Assembly (NCBI GenBank): GCA_951406725.2
Contig: OX597823.1
Location: forward strand, 45,384,001-45,448,000
Reading direction: 5' to 3'
Origin: Octopus vulgaris
Lineage: Eukaryota
Length of the DNA stretch: 64,000 nt
Under the pieces are notes generated by a model, which saw nothing but the letters and a program-made list of their open reading frames with translations, had not been told where the DNA came from and did no database searches. The position numbers and the translations under genes were made by a program. Within the stretch, counting starts at the first letter, position 1. Each line of letters opens with the position of its first letter. This document shows, one piece after another, positions 26,793 through 41,179 of the stretch.

Positions 26793-27190
26793 TTTTATTC
26801 TTTTTCTTGTTTCAGTCATTTGATTGTAGCCATGCTGGCGCACCACCTTTAGTTGTACAAATCAACCCCAGGACTTATTCTTTGTAAGCCTGGTACTTAT
26901 TCTATTGGTCTCTTTTGCCAAACCACTAAGTTTTGGGGATGTAAATACATCAACATTGGTTGTCAAGCAATGGTGTGTGGGCAAACACAGACACACAAGT
27001 ACATACATACATACATATATCTATATATATATGATGGGTTTCTTTCAGTTTCCATCTACAAAATCCACTCACAAGGCTTTGGTTGGCCTGAGCCTATAAT
27101 AGAAGACACTTGTCGAAGGTTTCCCACAGTGGGACTGAACCTGGATCCAGGTGGTTGGGAAGCAAGCTTCTTACAACACAGCCACTCCTG
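26793..27190 (-). mobile_element. SINE family A copy
   Basis: Reverse-complement match to 8200-8608. Confidence 0.8.
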
Positions 27191-27194
27191 CACC

Positions 27195-27228
<34 letters not shown>

Positions 27229-27230
<2 letters not shown>

Positions 27231-30200
27231 TTTGATAATGAAGAGGAGAGTAGAGATTTTATTCACATCCGAAAACCTCTACATATGTTTCAGCTGCAGT
27301 GACTGCACATTGCTTTGTATACAATTATGCTTTTTAGTTGTTCCATTTTCATCAAAGGGTTCATCACTCACAACGTTTTCAAAGTGAACTGATTCAAACT
27401 GATGCATCCTGCATCGATATTCAGTTAAAGGTAATAACATTACTATTTATATCCAATGGAATGCTGGTTTTATAATCACCTCTGCTTGTATTACAGTTGT
27501 AGGATAGTTTTAAAAATGTTTATTCAGATTTCAATTAATTCTAACAGTTTTGTTTACATGTTGCTGTATGGAGTACATTATTTATTTAGAGGTAATTTAT
27601 TAGGTTGTCAAGAAAGTTCTTGCGTTTTTAACCTTTAAGTTCAGATGCATATGTCTTGGCTCAAACAAAACTTTATTAATTAAAATAAACACCATCAGAA
27701 TCAACACACTTTTGCCAATGCGAAACAAGTTTATTTATGCCAGTAGCGTAATGATTCTGTGTTCTGGTGGCGATGAAGTTGTTGAAGGCGTGTTTGGCAT
27801 TGTCTTGGTTTTTTAAGAATTTCTCATGCAGGAAGTTGCCGAGATGCTTGAAAATGTGGTTGTCGGTAGGTGAGAAGTCTGGTGATTATGGCAGGTGAAG
27901 CAGAGTTTCATAGCCCAATTCGTTCAACTTCTATAGAGACAGCTGTGCGACCTGTGGCTGAGCATTGTCGTGGAGAAGAATTGGTCCTTTTCTATTGACT
28001 GATGCTGGCTGTTGTTGTTGGAGTTTCTTATGCATTTCATCCATTTGCTGACAGTACTTCTCCATCATAATTATTTCACTTGGATCCAAAGAACTGAGAT
28101 GGATGAGACCAGCCACAGACCACCAAACAGTCACTATGACCTTCTTTTGGTGCAACTTTGGCTTTGGGAAGTGCCTTGGAGCTTTAATGGCATCCAACCA
28201 CTGAGCTGAGCATCGCTGGTTGTAGTAAAGAATCCACTATTCATCACAAGTCACATTCCAGCTGTGAAATGGGTCATTCTTGTTGCGTAAAAGAAGGGAA
28301 GATGAATACCCATTTCTCAAGTATTTTTGTTTTTCCAATCTCTTTCAAGTGGTTGGAAATTGTTGTATATGTTATGTCTAATTCAGAAGCAAGCTCTTAA
28401 ACATTTGTGCATGGATTGGCTTTGACTAAGGCTCTTAGTTGATTGTTGTCAACATCCGATGGCTGACCACTATGCTTATCATCTTCAAGACTCTCATCAC
28501 TCCTATGAAATTTCTTGAACCACCATTGTGCTGTACATTCATTAGTGTTTCCTGAGCCAAATGTATCGTTGAAATCTTGAGCTGTTTCAGCAGTTTTTTG
28601 GCCTAGCTTGAACTGTAATAAGAAAATTGTGCGAATTTGCTTTTTATCCATGTTGTATTCACCGTTTCAGAAAAACAATGGCCTAATTATTCAAAAAGAA
28701 AAAGAGCAACATGATTAGATAGAACGAAAAACAGGCTTTAAAATGATATATAAAGTCAAAGTAATTTAATGAAAATTAATTTGAAAATACATCATTTAAA
28801 ATCAAAATTAAAAATTCCGCAAGAACTTCCTTGACAACCTAGTACTTATTTTGGGTTTATATCCTCAATCAATATTGTTATCATCATTATTATTATTATC
28901 ATTATTATTATTAGTAGTAGTATTAGTATAAATATCATTTATTTTTTTAATTTATTGTAAGTAGCATAGTTACTATAGATGATAAGTTGTGTTTATTTAA
29001 ATTGTTTAAAAGTATATTTTCTCAAGTGTGGACAACTTAAAGCCTGTTCCCATCTAGTGTTTAACAGTAAATTTGGAAATGAACATTTGGTACATTTTTT
29101 TCCACATTTTACAAGGTTTTGTATTATTAATTATTTCCTAACCAACCGAATATGCTTTGTTACAATCTTTTAGTGCCCAAATTAGTTTACTAAGGCTAGT
29201 AGTATTCATTTTGCCCCTATATCTAAACGAATTTAAATGATTGGCAATTCTTTGTTTAATATAACATGAGCTAATTCTGTATGGAAGTAGACCCTATACT
29301 CTGAGGTAACCTTACATCTGTATACAATATTTTAATACTTACAATTAGAGTTAAGCAGGCAAATACTGTTCCTTGAGCAATCGCATTTGATAGTTCTTTT
29401 ACTTACATTAATAGTTTCCTCTTCAGCTTCACTATCTTTTAAGCTATTACTCTTTCCCACATAGATAACATTCTGAGTACTGTGCTTTCTAGGATTCACA
29501 CCTTTGAGGATAATGCAGGAGTTTGTTTAAGTACCTTCCATTTTATTAGTTGTCAAACCATAGTTCCTATTCTGATACCTAGTTGGGTTACTTATGGTTT
29601 GGTCATCATGTTGGCATTATTGCTATTAATTGATCTATAATTGTTATTCTGTTTACTATTATTAAACTGGTTAATCTATTAGCCTTGTGTGCTGCTATAA
29701 TATGTGCTAGATTTCTGCTATTAGAAAAAGCTAGTCTAAATCTATGTTTATAAAATATTCTGTAGTATTTACTGTCTTTTGGAAAATGTTTAACCAATGC
29801 CAAATAGAATAATTTAGGTATATTGGAAATTATTTGTTTTCCAAAAGGAATTATATACCACTTGATATTGCTGGAAGTATCTATGTTATTGTGGTATGTA
29901 TTTCTACCTAAGCTTTTTGTGAAAGTGTATTACCTATTTACCTGGTTTTTATTCTGGCATTGGGTTTGTTTGCTGTTGTATTTGTCAGTTATTTGTGTAG
30001 TACTATTAGCAGAAATTAAATATTGGTTGCCTTCCCTATTTGAATGGGATTTCTTGTTAGGTCCATTCTTATCTAAGTTACTTAGTACTTTATTTGGCAC
30101 AAATTCATGTAAATTTTGATGAAATTGCAATGACTAGAATGTATAATTGTTTACAAAGCAAAGTGCAGTCACTGCAGTCAAAGCATATGTAGGTCAGATG

Positions 30201-30280
30201 TATATACTGCAGAAAACTTTTAAATATAGAAGTATTTGGATGTGAATAAAATCTCCACTCTCCTCTTTATTATCAATGTT
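27229..30280 (-). mobile_element. Decayed Penelope-like element with inverted pseudo-LTR, interrupted by a mariner
   Basis: Minus-strand peptides KHFPKDSKYYRIFYKHRFRLAFSNSRNLAHIIAAH (29606-29803), CLLNSNC..KNIVYRCKV and IWALKD..KCTKC resemble the PLE RT C-terminus and GIY-YIG endonuclease; ~27229-27362 and ~30111-30280 are inverted homologues with degenerate hammerhead motifs. Confidence 0.68.
27600..28842 (-). mobile_element. Near full-length mariner (Hsmar1/cecropia-like) with pseudogenised transposase
   Basis: 25-bp TIRs TTAGGTTGTCAAGAAAGTTCTTGCG (27600-27624 and 28818-28842, 2 mismatches); TA on both flanks; ORF pieces MDKKQIRTIFLLQFKLG...WWFKKF...SGQP, HQKKVIVTVWWS, ILLHDNA, HLP*SPDFSPTDNHIFKHL with stops and frameshifts. 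Confidence 0.93.
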
Positions 30281-30484
30281 AAAAAAATACTGTGTAGAAT
30301 TTTTGAAGGTTTGAATAGGAACTTGGAATTACCTGAGTGAAGTTACCAGTACCAGTAATAGTATCACTTTCTAAGACTGAGTACTATAAAATGAACCATT
30401 GTTGATAGCTGGCATCTAAACCAATTTAAAAGATAATATGGTACTCACCAGGATAACTTATCTCTTTTATACTCTCTCTCTCTT

Positions 30485-30564
<80 letters not shown>

Positions 30565-32712
30565 AGTGAGCTTTGTTATAATTATATTGTCTTGCTTCAG
30601 TATACACCCATTTTATCCACTGATAAATGCAGACTAATATGATCTTGGCTAGAGTACATGAAAATTAAATATTTCAAAATATGCATTTGGATGTATGAAG
30701 TTATGAGTGTGGGTGTGTATGTGATATCTTTTATTTTTTTTTTATAGGTATCTTACACAGCAGTTCATCTCTTCAAACCAAGGGAAATTGCTAAAGACTG
30801 GCCAATGTCCATTTTTGATTAATGCTTCAAAAACAAAAGTATAAAATTCAATTCCTTATATTATTATTAACATTATTTAACTTTTAATCTATTGCCTCTA
30901 GTATTATATGACCATCTCCAAAGATAACATTTATGGGAATAAGTAATGAAGATTATGATAAAATATATCAACAGAAGTTTAAATTGAATGCAACAGATCA
31001 AAATAGAATAAAAATCAAAACAGACCAAAACAAGATTTATAAAAAAAAGAAGATAAAGCTGATATTCACAAAACTGTGGCAAAGTTCATTTTAACACAAA
31101 TGTTCATAAGGACATTAATACAAAATACACAATATTTTAAATAACAGAATAAAATGATTTGTGTTTTGTTATAATATGAATGTGTCTGTGTGTATTATGT
31201 CCATATGACAGAAAATCTTTGCAGTCTCAAGTGGACTGATGTGGTGGTGTGTGAGTGAGAATATCGTTTTTCTGTTGTATGTTAGCATGTATATATGTTA
31301 GAATGTATTTGACTGTGTGAGAGAACGTCATCACAGTCTCGAACTAACTGACATATGTGTGGCTGAGAGTGTTCGTTATAGTTTTATTAATGCGTATTAG
31401 GCTGCTTATTTTGTTTATCAAGCCTTGAATAAATCTTGTTCAAAATATGAACAGCAATGTATTTTACAAAAGAAGGCAAGAGGTATCAGAGCGAATGAGA
31501 GAAAGGAAGAGGATGTATGTCAGGATGTTGCTTTTGTCTGTTGAACATCTTTGCCACAAAAATTCATGGCTTTTTTTTTTATCAAATACAGGTAGTTCAT
31601 GGCATCTGTAGCATACACTCAAGTGAAATTCCTTTCCCTTTTATTAGATATATGAGCATTTGAACATAGCAGATAACAGCTAACCTTTGGCTGCTATTTG
31701 GACCCCATTGTGTCCACTACCCTGACTGGTTGGTATTGGCACAATTTGTCTCTTACTCTGTTGCACCAATATGCAGCATAGAGCCAATTGGAGCCCTTAA
31801 ATAAGATCATGTGAAACAGCCTTTCCTCAACCCCGTTTGGACTTGCTGTTCCTTATAAAAACTCCCCTTCTCCTTGTCTCAAGGTCTTTAGTGCCAGACC
31901 TTTTTAGGTCTAGCCACTGACCACACAAGACACAGCCAGTTCCAGTGACAATTCCACGCAACCTGTCCAAAAGTATTATGTCAACCTCCATCTTCATTGC
32001 TACCATCATCTTCTTAATGTCGTCAACATTATCTCTCTATGTACACAGCTCAAGCAACACTGCACAGGTTCCAACTTAGCACTGTTTGTTAATTACTTCA
32101 CCACGATTAATAGCAAATATAAACCTGTGAGAGCTCTCATACCAAGTAACCTAGTCCGCAGCATTATAGCCACAACTTCGTATGACACGTATCGCACTGG
32201 CGCCTCATCATCACCACAACTTCTTGTTACAGTATTTCAATTACTATGTACAATTGACTACTTAATGGTATTTCTTATTCTTATGTCTATGAACACTTGT
32301 CTAACTTCTCATTATAGACTCTCTCACAGTCTACTTCGTTGCTATTCTTATATGTACTTAACAAATATATACTTAACAAATCCATGTCTATACACACATA
32401 CACTTTGTTCTCATGACGGCCTGTCTATTATTCTGTATACATGATGCACACACAGACACACATGTTAACATATCAATAAATCTTCTCTCAAACATCCTAC
32501 TCCTCGGTTATATGTATTATTCCAGCCTTCTGAACGGAGTCGTTATTAAATGGTTTCTCCATGGCATTCTAGATCACAATTCCTTCTGATATGGTGACCT
32601 GACATAGAACACACACCACCATTCCATCTATACATCTAAAGTAGGAAAGCCTTAAGCAATCTTTGTGTAATAAGTAGTAAGTGAATAAACCTTCCAGTAC
32701 TGCCTGGCACTA

Positions 32713-32929
32713 TGAAGGGGTGCTGAAAAGTTCCTGACATTGGGTAAAAGAAAATACAGGAGGATCAGTTAATTATGATTTTATTCAACATATTCTCCTC
32801 TCAGATTCACACACTTATTGCAGCATTCCTTCAGTTTTTCCAAGCCCTGTATAAGAACTCAGAAGGTTGAGCCTCCAACCGGATCTTTTGCAATAACCTT
32901 AAAGTCAGGAATTTTTCAACACTCCCTTG
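32713..32929. mobile_element. Tc1/mariner-type MITE
   Basis: ~26-bp imperfect TIRs tgaaggggtgctgaaaagttcctgac / gtcaggaatttttcaacactcccttg, with TA on both flanks. Confidence 0.78.
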
Positions 32930-34317
32930 TATGTTGTGGAAACATCTTTAATGTAAGAATATATTTGTTAAAAGCCCAATCAATGCTAAAATATAATAAA
33001 CAAACAATGAAGCAAGTTGAATGAGGTGTATTGTACTGTAATTTGCATCTGCTTCTGAGGGAACTCTTTTATCATTGTTAACAAATTTTTCTGAGGAACT
33101 AGTATTTATTTTGTGCAATTTTAATGGAGGAAGTGGAGAAGAAAGCAATGAGTTTGAGGCAAAGTAATTTTCTTAATTTGTTTATATTAATACATTATTA
33201 ACATGTTAATACTAATTTCTTATCATCTGGAAGTTTTATCTTTAGTTCTATGACAGTAAACATTTGTTTATGTTCATCCATTTGAGCTGTAAAATAAAAA
33301 TACAAATCTGACTCTCTATGTTCATCCATTCATTCATTAACATTAAATTTGGCTTTATATAGATTATTCAACTCTATATATGATTACCTATGTGACTAAA
33401 AGTTCAATTAAGCTATCATCCTTTTGTTTGAGAATAAGAAATGTATAATACATACAACCAATACTAAACAGATTAGCATTAAACTAGTTATTGAACTGTC
33501 TGATCATTTGCGTAATCAAGCATACATAAATGCAAGACAATACCACAAGGACAATGACATTAACACATGCACGTAAGTTTTGAATAATTTCCTGAATGGT
33601 TGAAGCAAATATTTGACATCTGAATGCTTTTACATAAGACTAACTTTTCTACTAAAAGCTGTAAAATGTTATCAAGTGATGCAGATAGTGAGTGTGCTTT
33701 TGTCAAAGGGTTCAGCTGAATATTATGAAGCTTTGGTACCGCTTTAAGATATCATCATCATCATCATCATCACCGTTTAATGTCCGCTTTCCATGCTAGT
33801 ATGGGTTGGACGATTTTGACTGAGGGCTGGCAAACCAGGTGGCTGCACCAGGCTCCAGTCTTGATCTGGCAGAGTTTCTACAGCTGGTTGTCCTTAATGC
33901 CAACCACTCTGAGAGTGTAGTGGGTGCTTTTTTGTCCCACTGGCACGGGGGCCAGTCAGGCGGTACTGGCAACGACCTCGCTCAAATCTTTTTACACATG
34001 CCACTGGCCCAGGTGCCAGTAAGGTGATGCTGGTAACGATCACGCTCGAACGGTGCCTTTTACGTGCCACTGGCACGGAAGCCTGTTAGCCACTCTGGCA
34101 ACTATCACGCTCGGATGATGCTCTTAACACCCTACTAGCATGGCACAGGTGCCAGTAAGGCATTCTCTTTCTCTCTTTTCTCTTTTACTTGTTTCAGTCA
34201 TTTGACTGCGGCCATGCTGGAGCACCGCCTTTAGTCGAGAAACTCGACCCCGGGACTTATTCTTTGTAAGCCCAGTACTTATTCTATCGGTCTCTTTTGC
34301 CGAACCGCTAAGTGACG

Positions 34318-34362
<45 letters not shown>

Positions 34363-35393
34363 CAGCAGAGGGACCAGCCAGCAATTCATCTACAACAAAT
34401 TTGCATTATTTTGCTACAGTTTCAACCATGGTAACAAAAGAAAAGAAAAAAAAAACTACATATTTTCTGATTTAAATGTCTGCAACTTTTTCCTATTTCC
34501 CATTGGGAAAATTGTTAATTAAATTCTTACAAAGCATTTATCTATTTCCCTGTGCACTGAAAAATTTTATAAACTGTCTGCAATTCTTGGGCTTAAAGCT
34601 TGTAGCTATATAGTATATCAATTTGTATTGAATAATCAATGTAATATTTTGGCCTTTTTTTAGCCAGTGTAAAAGCAGAGAATTGTGGATAATACTTGAC
34701 AGAAGTAAATAAGATACAAAATCAGACAATGCTGGAAGGTACTAGACAATTCTGGACAGAATCAGTTATCAGATGACAAAACTAAGCAGCAGTTGGTTGA
34801 ATTTGAGAGTGTCAGATAGAATAATCCCAGCTATCAGACATTAAACAGCCATCTGTAGAATACTGGAGAATAGCTTAGAAATAATAGATGAAACTACAAG
34901 AAATCCAATAAAAATGCTCAATAGCTTACCAAATAGTACTACGCAAAACCATGTGGTAGCTGAGAAGTGAGAAGAATATAATGTAATACTAGAGAGAATG
35001 AGTAATTACCAAAGAAGATAAATTAAAACTCAACAGTAAGAACCAGATTAACCATTAAAATAGGAATAGAAATAGTATTAGATAAGCACAGAAAAAATAT
35101 TGATCAGACAGATATATAAAGCCATAATAGACAAAAAGCTTACCAAAACTAGGGATAGATGCAGTAAAAACAAAGTTTATCTCTAATATCATGGAATATT
35201 GAGGAGATACAACATTAAAACAATAGGGGAAAAAAGTTTGAACTTATAGTGTATGAGTTGCTGATCTGACTTGACAATGACATCATCAAGGAAATCAATA
35301 TGCCATTATTTCAACATGAGAATCAATAATCAACAGAAGTAAATAGTAGGAATAATAAAACCAAAAAGAACTTCCTTTGTCTGCATATCTTAC

Positions 35394-35546
35394 CTGCCAA
35401 ATTCGGCTGAGATCCCTCAGGTTAAAGACATAATGGAATTTTGCTGGAGTCGGGAGCATTTTCAGTTTGACCTTCTGCCATAGTTTACGGGTTGCTGGTA
35501 CTAGAATCTTCACAAAATCTATAACACTGTCAGGGAACTGTCGTTC
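35394..35546 (-). CDS. DNAH5: Dynein heavy chain exon 8 (AAA3 lid)
   Basis: [51 protein letters not shown]; ttacAG/GTaaga; 153 nt; canonical [16 protein letters not shown] motif. Confidence 0.97.
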
Positions 35547-36887
35547 CTGTAAAATAAATGTAATCTTTTATTGCACATACATACACACATATAAATTCAT
35601 CAGTTGTAAAATTTAAGTTGGAATTTTGAAAAAAGGATAGCTTCTGATCTGCTGAAATATCAGTAGAAGAAATCACTATTATAGTAATTTTGGCGGGACC
35701 TGTGGAAGGGATAATAGATATTATTTAGGAGGGTAATGAAGATATAATTAAAATCAAGTAATAATGAAATATGTGAAATGAGATAAAGCTGACGATGATG
35801 TTCATAAATAGAATACTCATGGTGAATATATTATGAGGGCAAGGCAATGGTAGTGTGATGGCTAGTGGAGGCACATGGCCTAGTGGTTAGAGCAGCGAAC
35901 TCGTGGTTAAGGGATCGCGGGTTCGAATCTCAGACCGGGCGATGTGTGTGTTTATGAGTGACAAACCTAAGCTCCACGCGGCTCCGGCAGAATGGTGAAC
36001 TTCTGCTGACTCTTTCCCCACAACTTTCTCTCACTCTTTTCACCTGTATCTTGCAGCTCACCTGCAACGGACCGACGTCCCATCCAGGTGGGGAACCTAT
36101 ACACCAAGAAACCGGGAAACCGGCCCTTATGAGCCAGGCATGGCTCCTGAAGGAACAAACAGCAACAAGTGTGATGGCTCAGTTTCTCATATGTAGACTC
36201 AAAACCCAAAGATCCTGTTGTTCCTACTTCTGTGTCATCATCTTGTCTGTGAAGTCCAGTATCCTAAAACACCCACTTTACTTCATTCTACCTATTTATT
36301 AGTCTTGCTTTGTTAAAGGAAGCCTCCACTGTCGTCAGTACATGGCATCTTTCTCACCTGTTTTCATTATCCTTTTTAATCTTGTCTCATCATAACAACC
36401 ATTATTTTCATTGTATTCATTATCAACATTGTCATTGCTGTCTTTGAACGGAAACTTTTTCTATGACATCTAAGTATATTTTGTCTGGTGAAGGTAAATG
36501 TTCTGACTATTCTATAATCTTCTTTGATTTGCCTGTTTCATATATAATTAATACCAATTCTTACACTACTTATCTTGTTGTTGTTGCTGCTACTCTGCTC
36601 TGATTATGCAACATACCTATGATAAAATACATTCAATCTAAGACATTCTTGCTTTATTTCTAACATAGTGTCTAGGACAACATTATGCAATGTGTTTTCT
36701 TCCTTTTTTTATTAAGACGGAAAGAATTGATTCAATCGAGATTTTGCTGCTATTTCTAGCTATTTCTGGAGGATCTCTCACCTTAGCTCATTGTTGTTAC
36801 TGTTGGTTGTGGCAGTGGTATTGCTATATTTAACCCGGATTGGTTCAACCTAGAAACACCTTATAACATAGATAACTGATCATATAC

Positions 36888-37254
36888 TCGTTTACTTTTT
36901 CACTTGTTTCAGTCGTTTGACTGTGGCCATGCTGGAGCACCGCCTTTAGTCGAGCAAATCGACCCCAGGACTTATTCTTTGTAAGCCTAGTACTTATTAT
37001 ATCGGTCTCTTTTGCTGAACACCAACATCAGTTGTCAAGCGATGGGGTGGGGGAGAACAAACATACACATACACACACACATACACACATATATACGATA
37101 GGCTTCAGTTTCCATCTACCAAATCCACTCACAAGGCTTTGGTTGGCCTGAGACTACAGTAAAAGACACTTGCCCTTGGTGCCACGCAGTGGGACTGAAC
37201 CTGGAACCATGTGGTTGGTAAACAAGCTACTTACCACACAGCCACTCCTACGCC
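36888..37254 (-). mobile_element. SINE family A copy
   Basis: Reverse-complement match to 8200-8608. Confidence 0.83.
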
Positions 37255-40200
37255 TTACATATATATATTTATATATATATTTAAAACTATCTCATAGATT
37301 CACTATGCCTGATATGATATTGTTCACAACAATCTAAATCACTGTATACTTTATACAGAATTTGCAAAAACAAACGGTAAAGCTAAAATTGAGGAAGTTG
37401 GTTAAGGATGGTTTTGATTCCAGAAGAATCTATTATAAAAGTTGTATAACATGATATCAACTACATATTATCATTTCTTCTGTTATTACTTGGGACAGCT
37501 AAAGGTACCAGTCACTGAAGCAGTCACCAGGAGAGCAACATGATTTGGGGATCCACGTCATATCTTGGGGGTATTCCCAAAAATTGAAAGGAAAAATATG
37601 AAAATAATAAATAAAATATTTTCTTCATACAAGCATAGCTGTGCGGTTAAAAAGCTTGCTTTGAAATCACGTGGTTTCAGGTTCATTCCCACTGCACAGC
37701 ATCTTGAGCAAGTGTCTTATACTCTAACCTCAGACCAATCAATACCTTGTGAGTGAATATGGTAGCTGGAAACTGTGAAAACCCCGTAGTATGTGCATGT
37801 GTGTTTATATATTTAGTGTGCAAACATTACAAAAAGTACAACATAGAAGCAAGGTAAAAAATAAATACAGATTTGGTATTAGTTTGATGCTCACAAACAC
37901 ACACACACACACACACACATCACATACATGCGCATGCATGCGTGTGCTTTTGTTTCCCTTCCCAGCCTGACAATAAATGTTGGTTTGTTTAAGTCCCCAT
38001 AACTTAGCAGTTCAGCAAAAGAGACGAATAGAATAAACACCAGACTTAGAAAATGATTACTGGTGGTGGTGGTGGTGGTGGTGGGTGAGGGTCGATCTTT
38101 TGCCTAAAACATTTCAAGACAGTACTCTAGTATGGGTCACAGTCCAATGACTGAAACAAGTAAAAAGATAAATTACACCTAATAAATTGTTATAAATATT
38201 CTATATCTACATTTATAGTTCTGAGGTTTTTACTCCTTGTCAAAGAAACACGCCCAAAATTCCATCTTGCCAGAGTGCCAACAACCATAGAACTAATCCT
38301 GTACATTTCCATAAGTCATTGTTGTCTCCAACTGATTGGATTATCACAAGTTATTAGTTATATTTCAGTTATGTGAAAATTTGGGTTTTCCTTAGATCAC
38401 TTAAGCTTAGTTATTGAAACTCATCAGTTTTAATGCTTCCAAATAATGATTAGCGGTTTCATTCTACATCTAATATTCTCTATCTGCTGTTGTAAGTTAT
38501 TATGATACATCTAAATCTCATGCTTAATCAACCTTACCCTCTATATTTTGCTCAGCTTCAACATAACAAGCAAGCATCAGCCATAATTCTCTTAGATTTT
38601 ATCTAACAAATTATCTTGCAATGTTTCATGGTTTAATCCATGCTTTAAAAATACTCACAGCTAATGGAAAAAAAAAAATGATAATAATAATGATACGTTT
38701 TAAAATTCAACTCTATTAAATTATAAGCAATAAAATTAAAATTATTCATAATAAAACAAATATAAAAGACGTGTACATGTTTAGATAAAGCAGATGCAAG
38801 CAAAAATGACAATAATTATACAAAGTCAAAGAGTAAGGATCCCACTTTTTGATTCAGTGTCACATAAGCCATTTGATTTTTGCATCCACTTAATTAAAAA
38901 GCTTCGCTATTTTTGTTTTATTTTACATTTTTTCTATTTTTTTCTTTTTGCAAAGACTAGAAAGAAATGAAGCTAGCATGCTCTGCTGGATGTGCAACAT
39001 CAGTGTAAATGCACAACAAAGTCCAAATGTGTTTAGCGAAAAAAAAAAAATGAGCATAAAAGGCATGAGATGTGATGTACAAGAGAGAAAACGGAATTGA
39101 TATGGTCATGTGATGTGAATGGATGAGGACAGCTGGAAAACATGGGATGAAGCAGAGAAGCCCGACCTCAGAATGTGGGACCTCATGGAAGAGATGACAA
39201 AGGACTGGGATGAATAATGATATGCTGTGTTTGAGAAGACTCCTTCCATCCCAGCAAAAATGAGGTTCTGTTAAATCTTCCCCCCACAACTCATCTTCTA
39301 ACACACATCCCTCCATTAACCTCCTGACTATGATATTGCTTCCTCAGGTGCTATAAATGATACCATCTCTTTTCCTACACGTCACATTTTATCCCTATTA
39401 CTGTCCCTTATCATCATCTCCTTCTTCCTAACCCAATTCTCAATTCTAACCCAATTATCTCTAATCATCTGTCACTCTCTTTTCACACTCTAGTGCATTT
39501 ACCTTCCCAGTCACCTTTTCTATCTCTCCTTCCTTATTCTCTCTCTCAAATTCACCTTGTACTTTGAGAATATGCCCTCACTACTTCTCTTTCCAACTGG
39601 GAAATCCATGTATTCACTGGTTTAGCAAGTTACCAGTTCCTGTCTCTCTATCATACTTTCACATTCTTCAATGTTATACCCCACTCAGTTGAGGGAGTCT
39701 TGTTTTGCAAGTACTCAGTGACTTTACTAGTGCTGTGTCATGAAAGTGTACATAATACACTTTTTTTTTTGTTAGGTGGTTGGTGTTAGGAAGGACATCC
39801 AACTGTAGAAACAATGCCAAATGATAAGTACCTATTGAACTGTTCAACACATACCATCATGGAAAGGTGTGATGTTAAATGCTGTTGCTGATGAGGATAA
39901 TTAAGCTGATGAGGTGTAATATATTCTTCATTCAATGCAGTTTAGATCCAATAAAATGTAAATTTAACTTAGATTTAAAAATTTCTAAAATATCTGAATA
40001 TCGAAGATGGTCTGTGTTCATCTTTGAATTGTAGAATTGAGCTTCATAATAAAAGATTCAGTGGATTAGTAGAATTGTCAGAGGACAAAATACCTTCCAG
40101 CATTTAGACATGTCCCTTTATGCTTTGATTTCAACCCTTACTGATTTCAACTATCCCTTCATCTTTCTACACTCAATAAAATAAAATATCAGTCAACTGC

Positions 40201-40849
40201 AGAGAATGAATATTATCAGCTATCTTCACCCCATCCTATTTGTGCCTTTGTACCTATGTTAAAAATCATTATATTGATTTCATTGTATTAAACTGCCAAA
40301 GTTTAACATTTATTGTCTTAGAATCATACATTACAGAAGATTAAATCCTGTGGTTCATCAACAAAAGCACCACTCAAAGGGTTAAATGGCATAAACTAAG
40401 TATACAACATAAAGATATGAATGAAGATTTGGTCAGACTTTTCAGTTTAAATAACCTTAGATTTGACATAATTTATTATTCTAAATGCTTATACATCTGC
40501 CAGAATGGATAAGTCTGATAACTATAAACCTATCAATATTTCCCATTTTGGTAAGCCTTGATCAATAAGATTCCTGTAGTAGTAGTGACAACAATGACAA
40601 TGACGACCATAGTAATGGTGATGGTGATGATGATGTTGATGAATAGCTGAAGGATACTGGATATGTATTGTTGATCTGCAAGAATACTAAGAAAGATTCT
40701 TGAGATTTGAAGAAACTTATTGTCATCACATCACGGGGTAACATACTCACAAACTGAATTGGCATGTAATGGATTTTGAATAATGATGATGATGGGGCAA
40801 CAATGATGATGAGGATAACGGCAAAAGTGGTAGCAGCGTTGGTGGCCAA

Positions 40850-41178
40850 AATGGAGAGCTAAACTAACATCAGGTCAAGATAGGTTAGCTGAAGTCAGCA
40901 TAGGTAAGGGAATATTCCAAGGTGATACACTTTCACCACTGTTATTCATGATTGCTTTTATCCCTCTTTCATTGACCTTGGGAGAGGCTAAATCTTGCTA
41001 TGAATTTAGCAGAAATGAGAAAATAAACCACCTCCTGTTTATGGATGATCTGAAATTATTTGCCAAAAGTGAGAAAGCTTTAGATTCATTGGTTCAGACT
41101 GTTTGAGTTGTGAGTGATGACATTGGTACAGAATTTGGAACAGATATATGTGAGATGCTAGAAATAAGGAGAGGAATA
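40850..41178 (+). pseudogene. R4/Dong-type reverse transcriptase fragment
   Basis: Frame from 40861: KGIFQGDTLSPLLFMIAFIPLS...INHLLFMDDLKLFAKSEKALDSLVQTV*VVSDDIGTEFG (RT motifs QGDxLSP and FMDD), one stop. Confidence 0.85.
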
Positions 41179-41179
41179 A

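Noticed and set aside
31700-32580. Possible LTR-retrotransposon remnant
   Set aside because: No paired LTR, PBS/PPT or convincing pol motif found.
35868-35940. tRNA-like A/B boxes (tggcctagtgg...ggttcgaatc)
   Set aside because: No complete cloverleaf and the sequence runs into a SINE body; it is a SINE head, not a tRNA gene.
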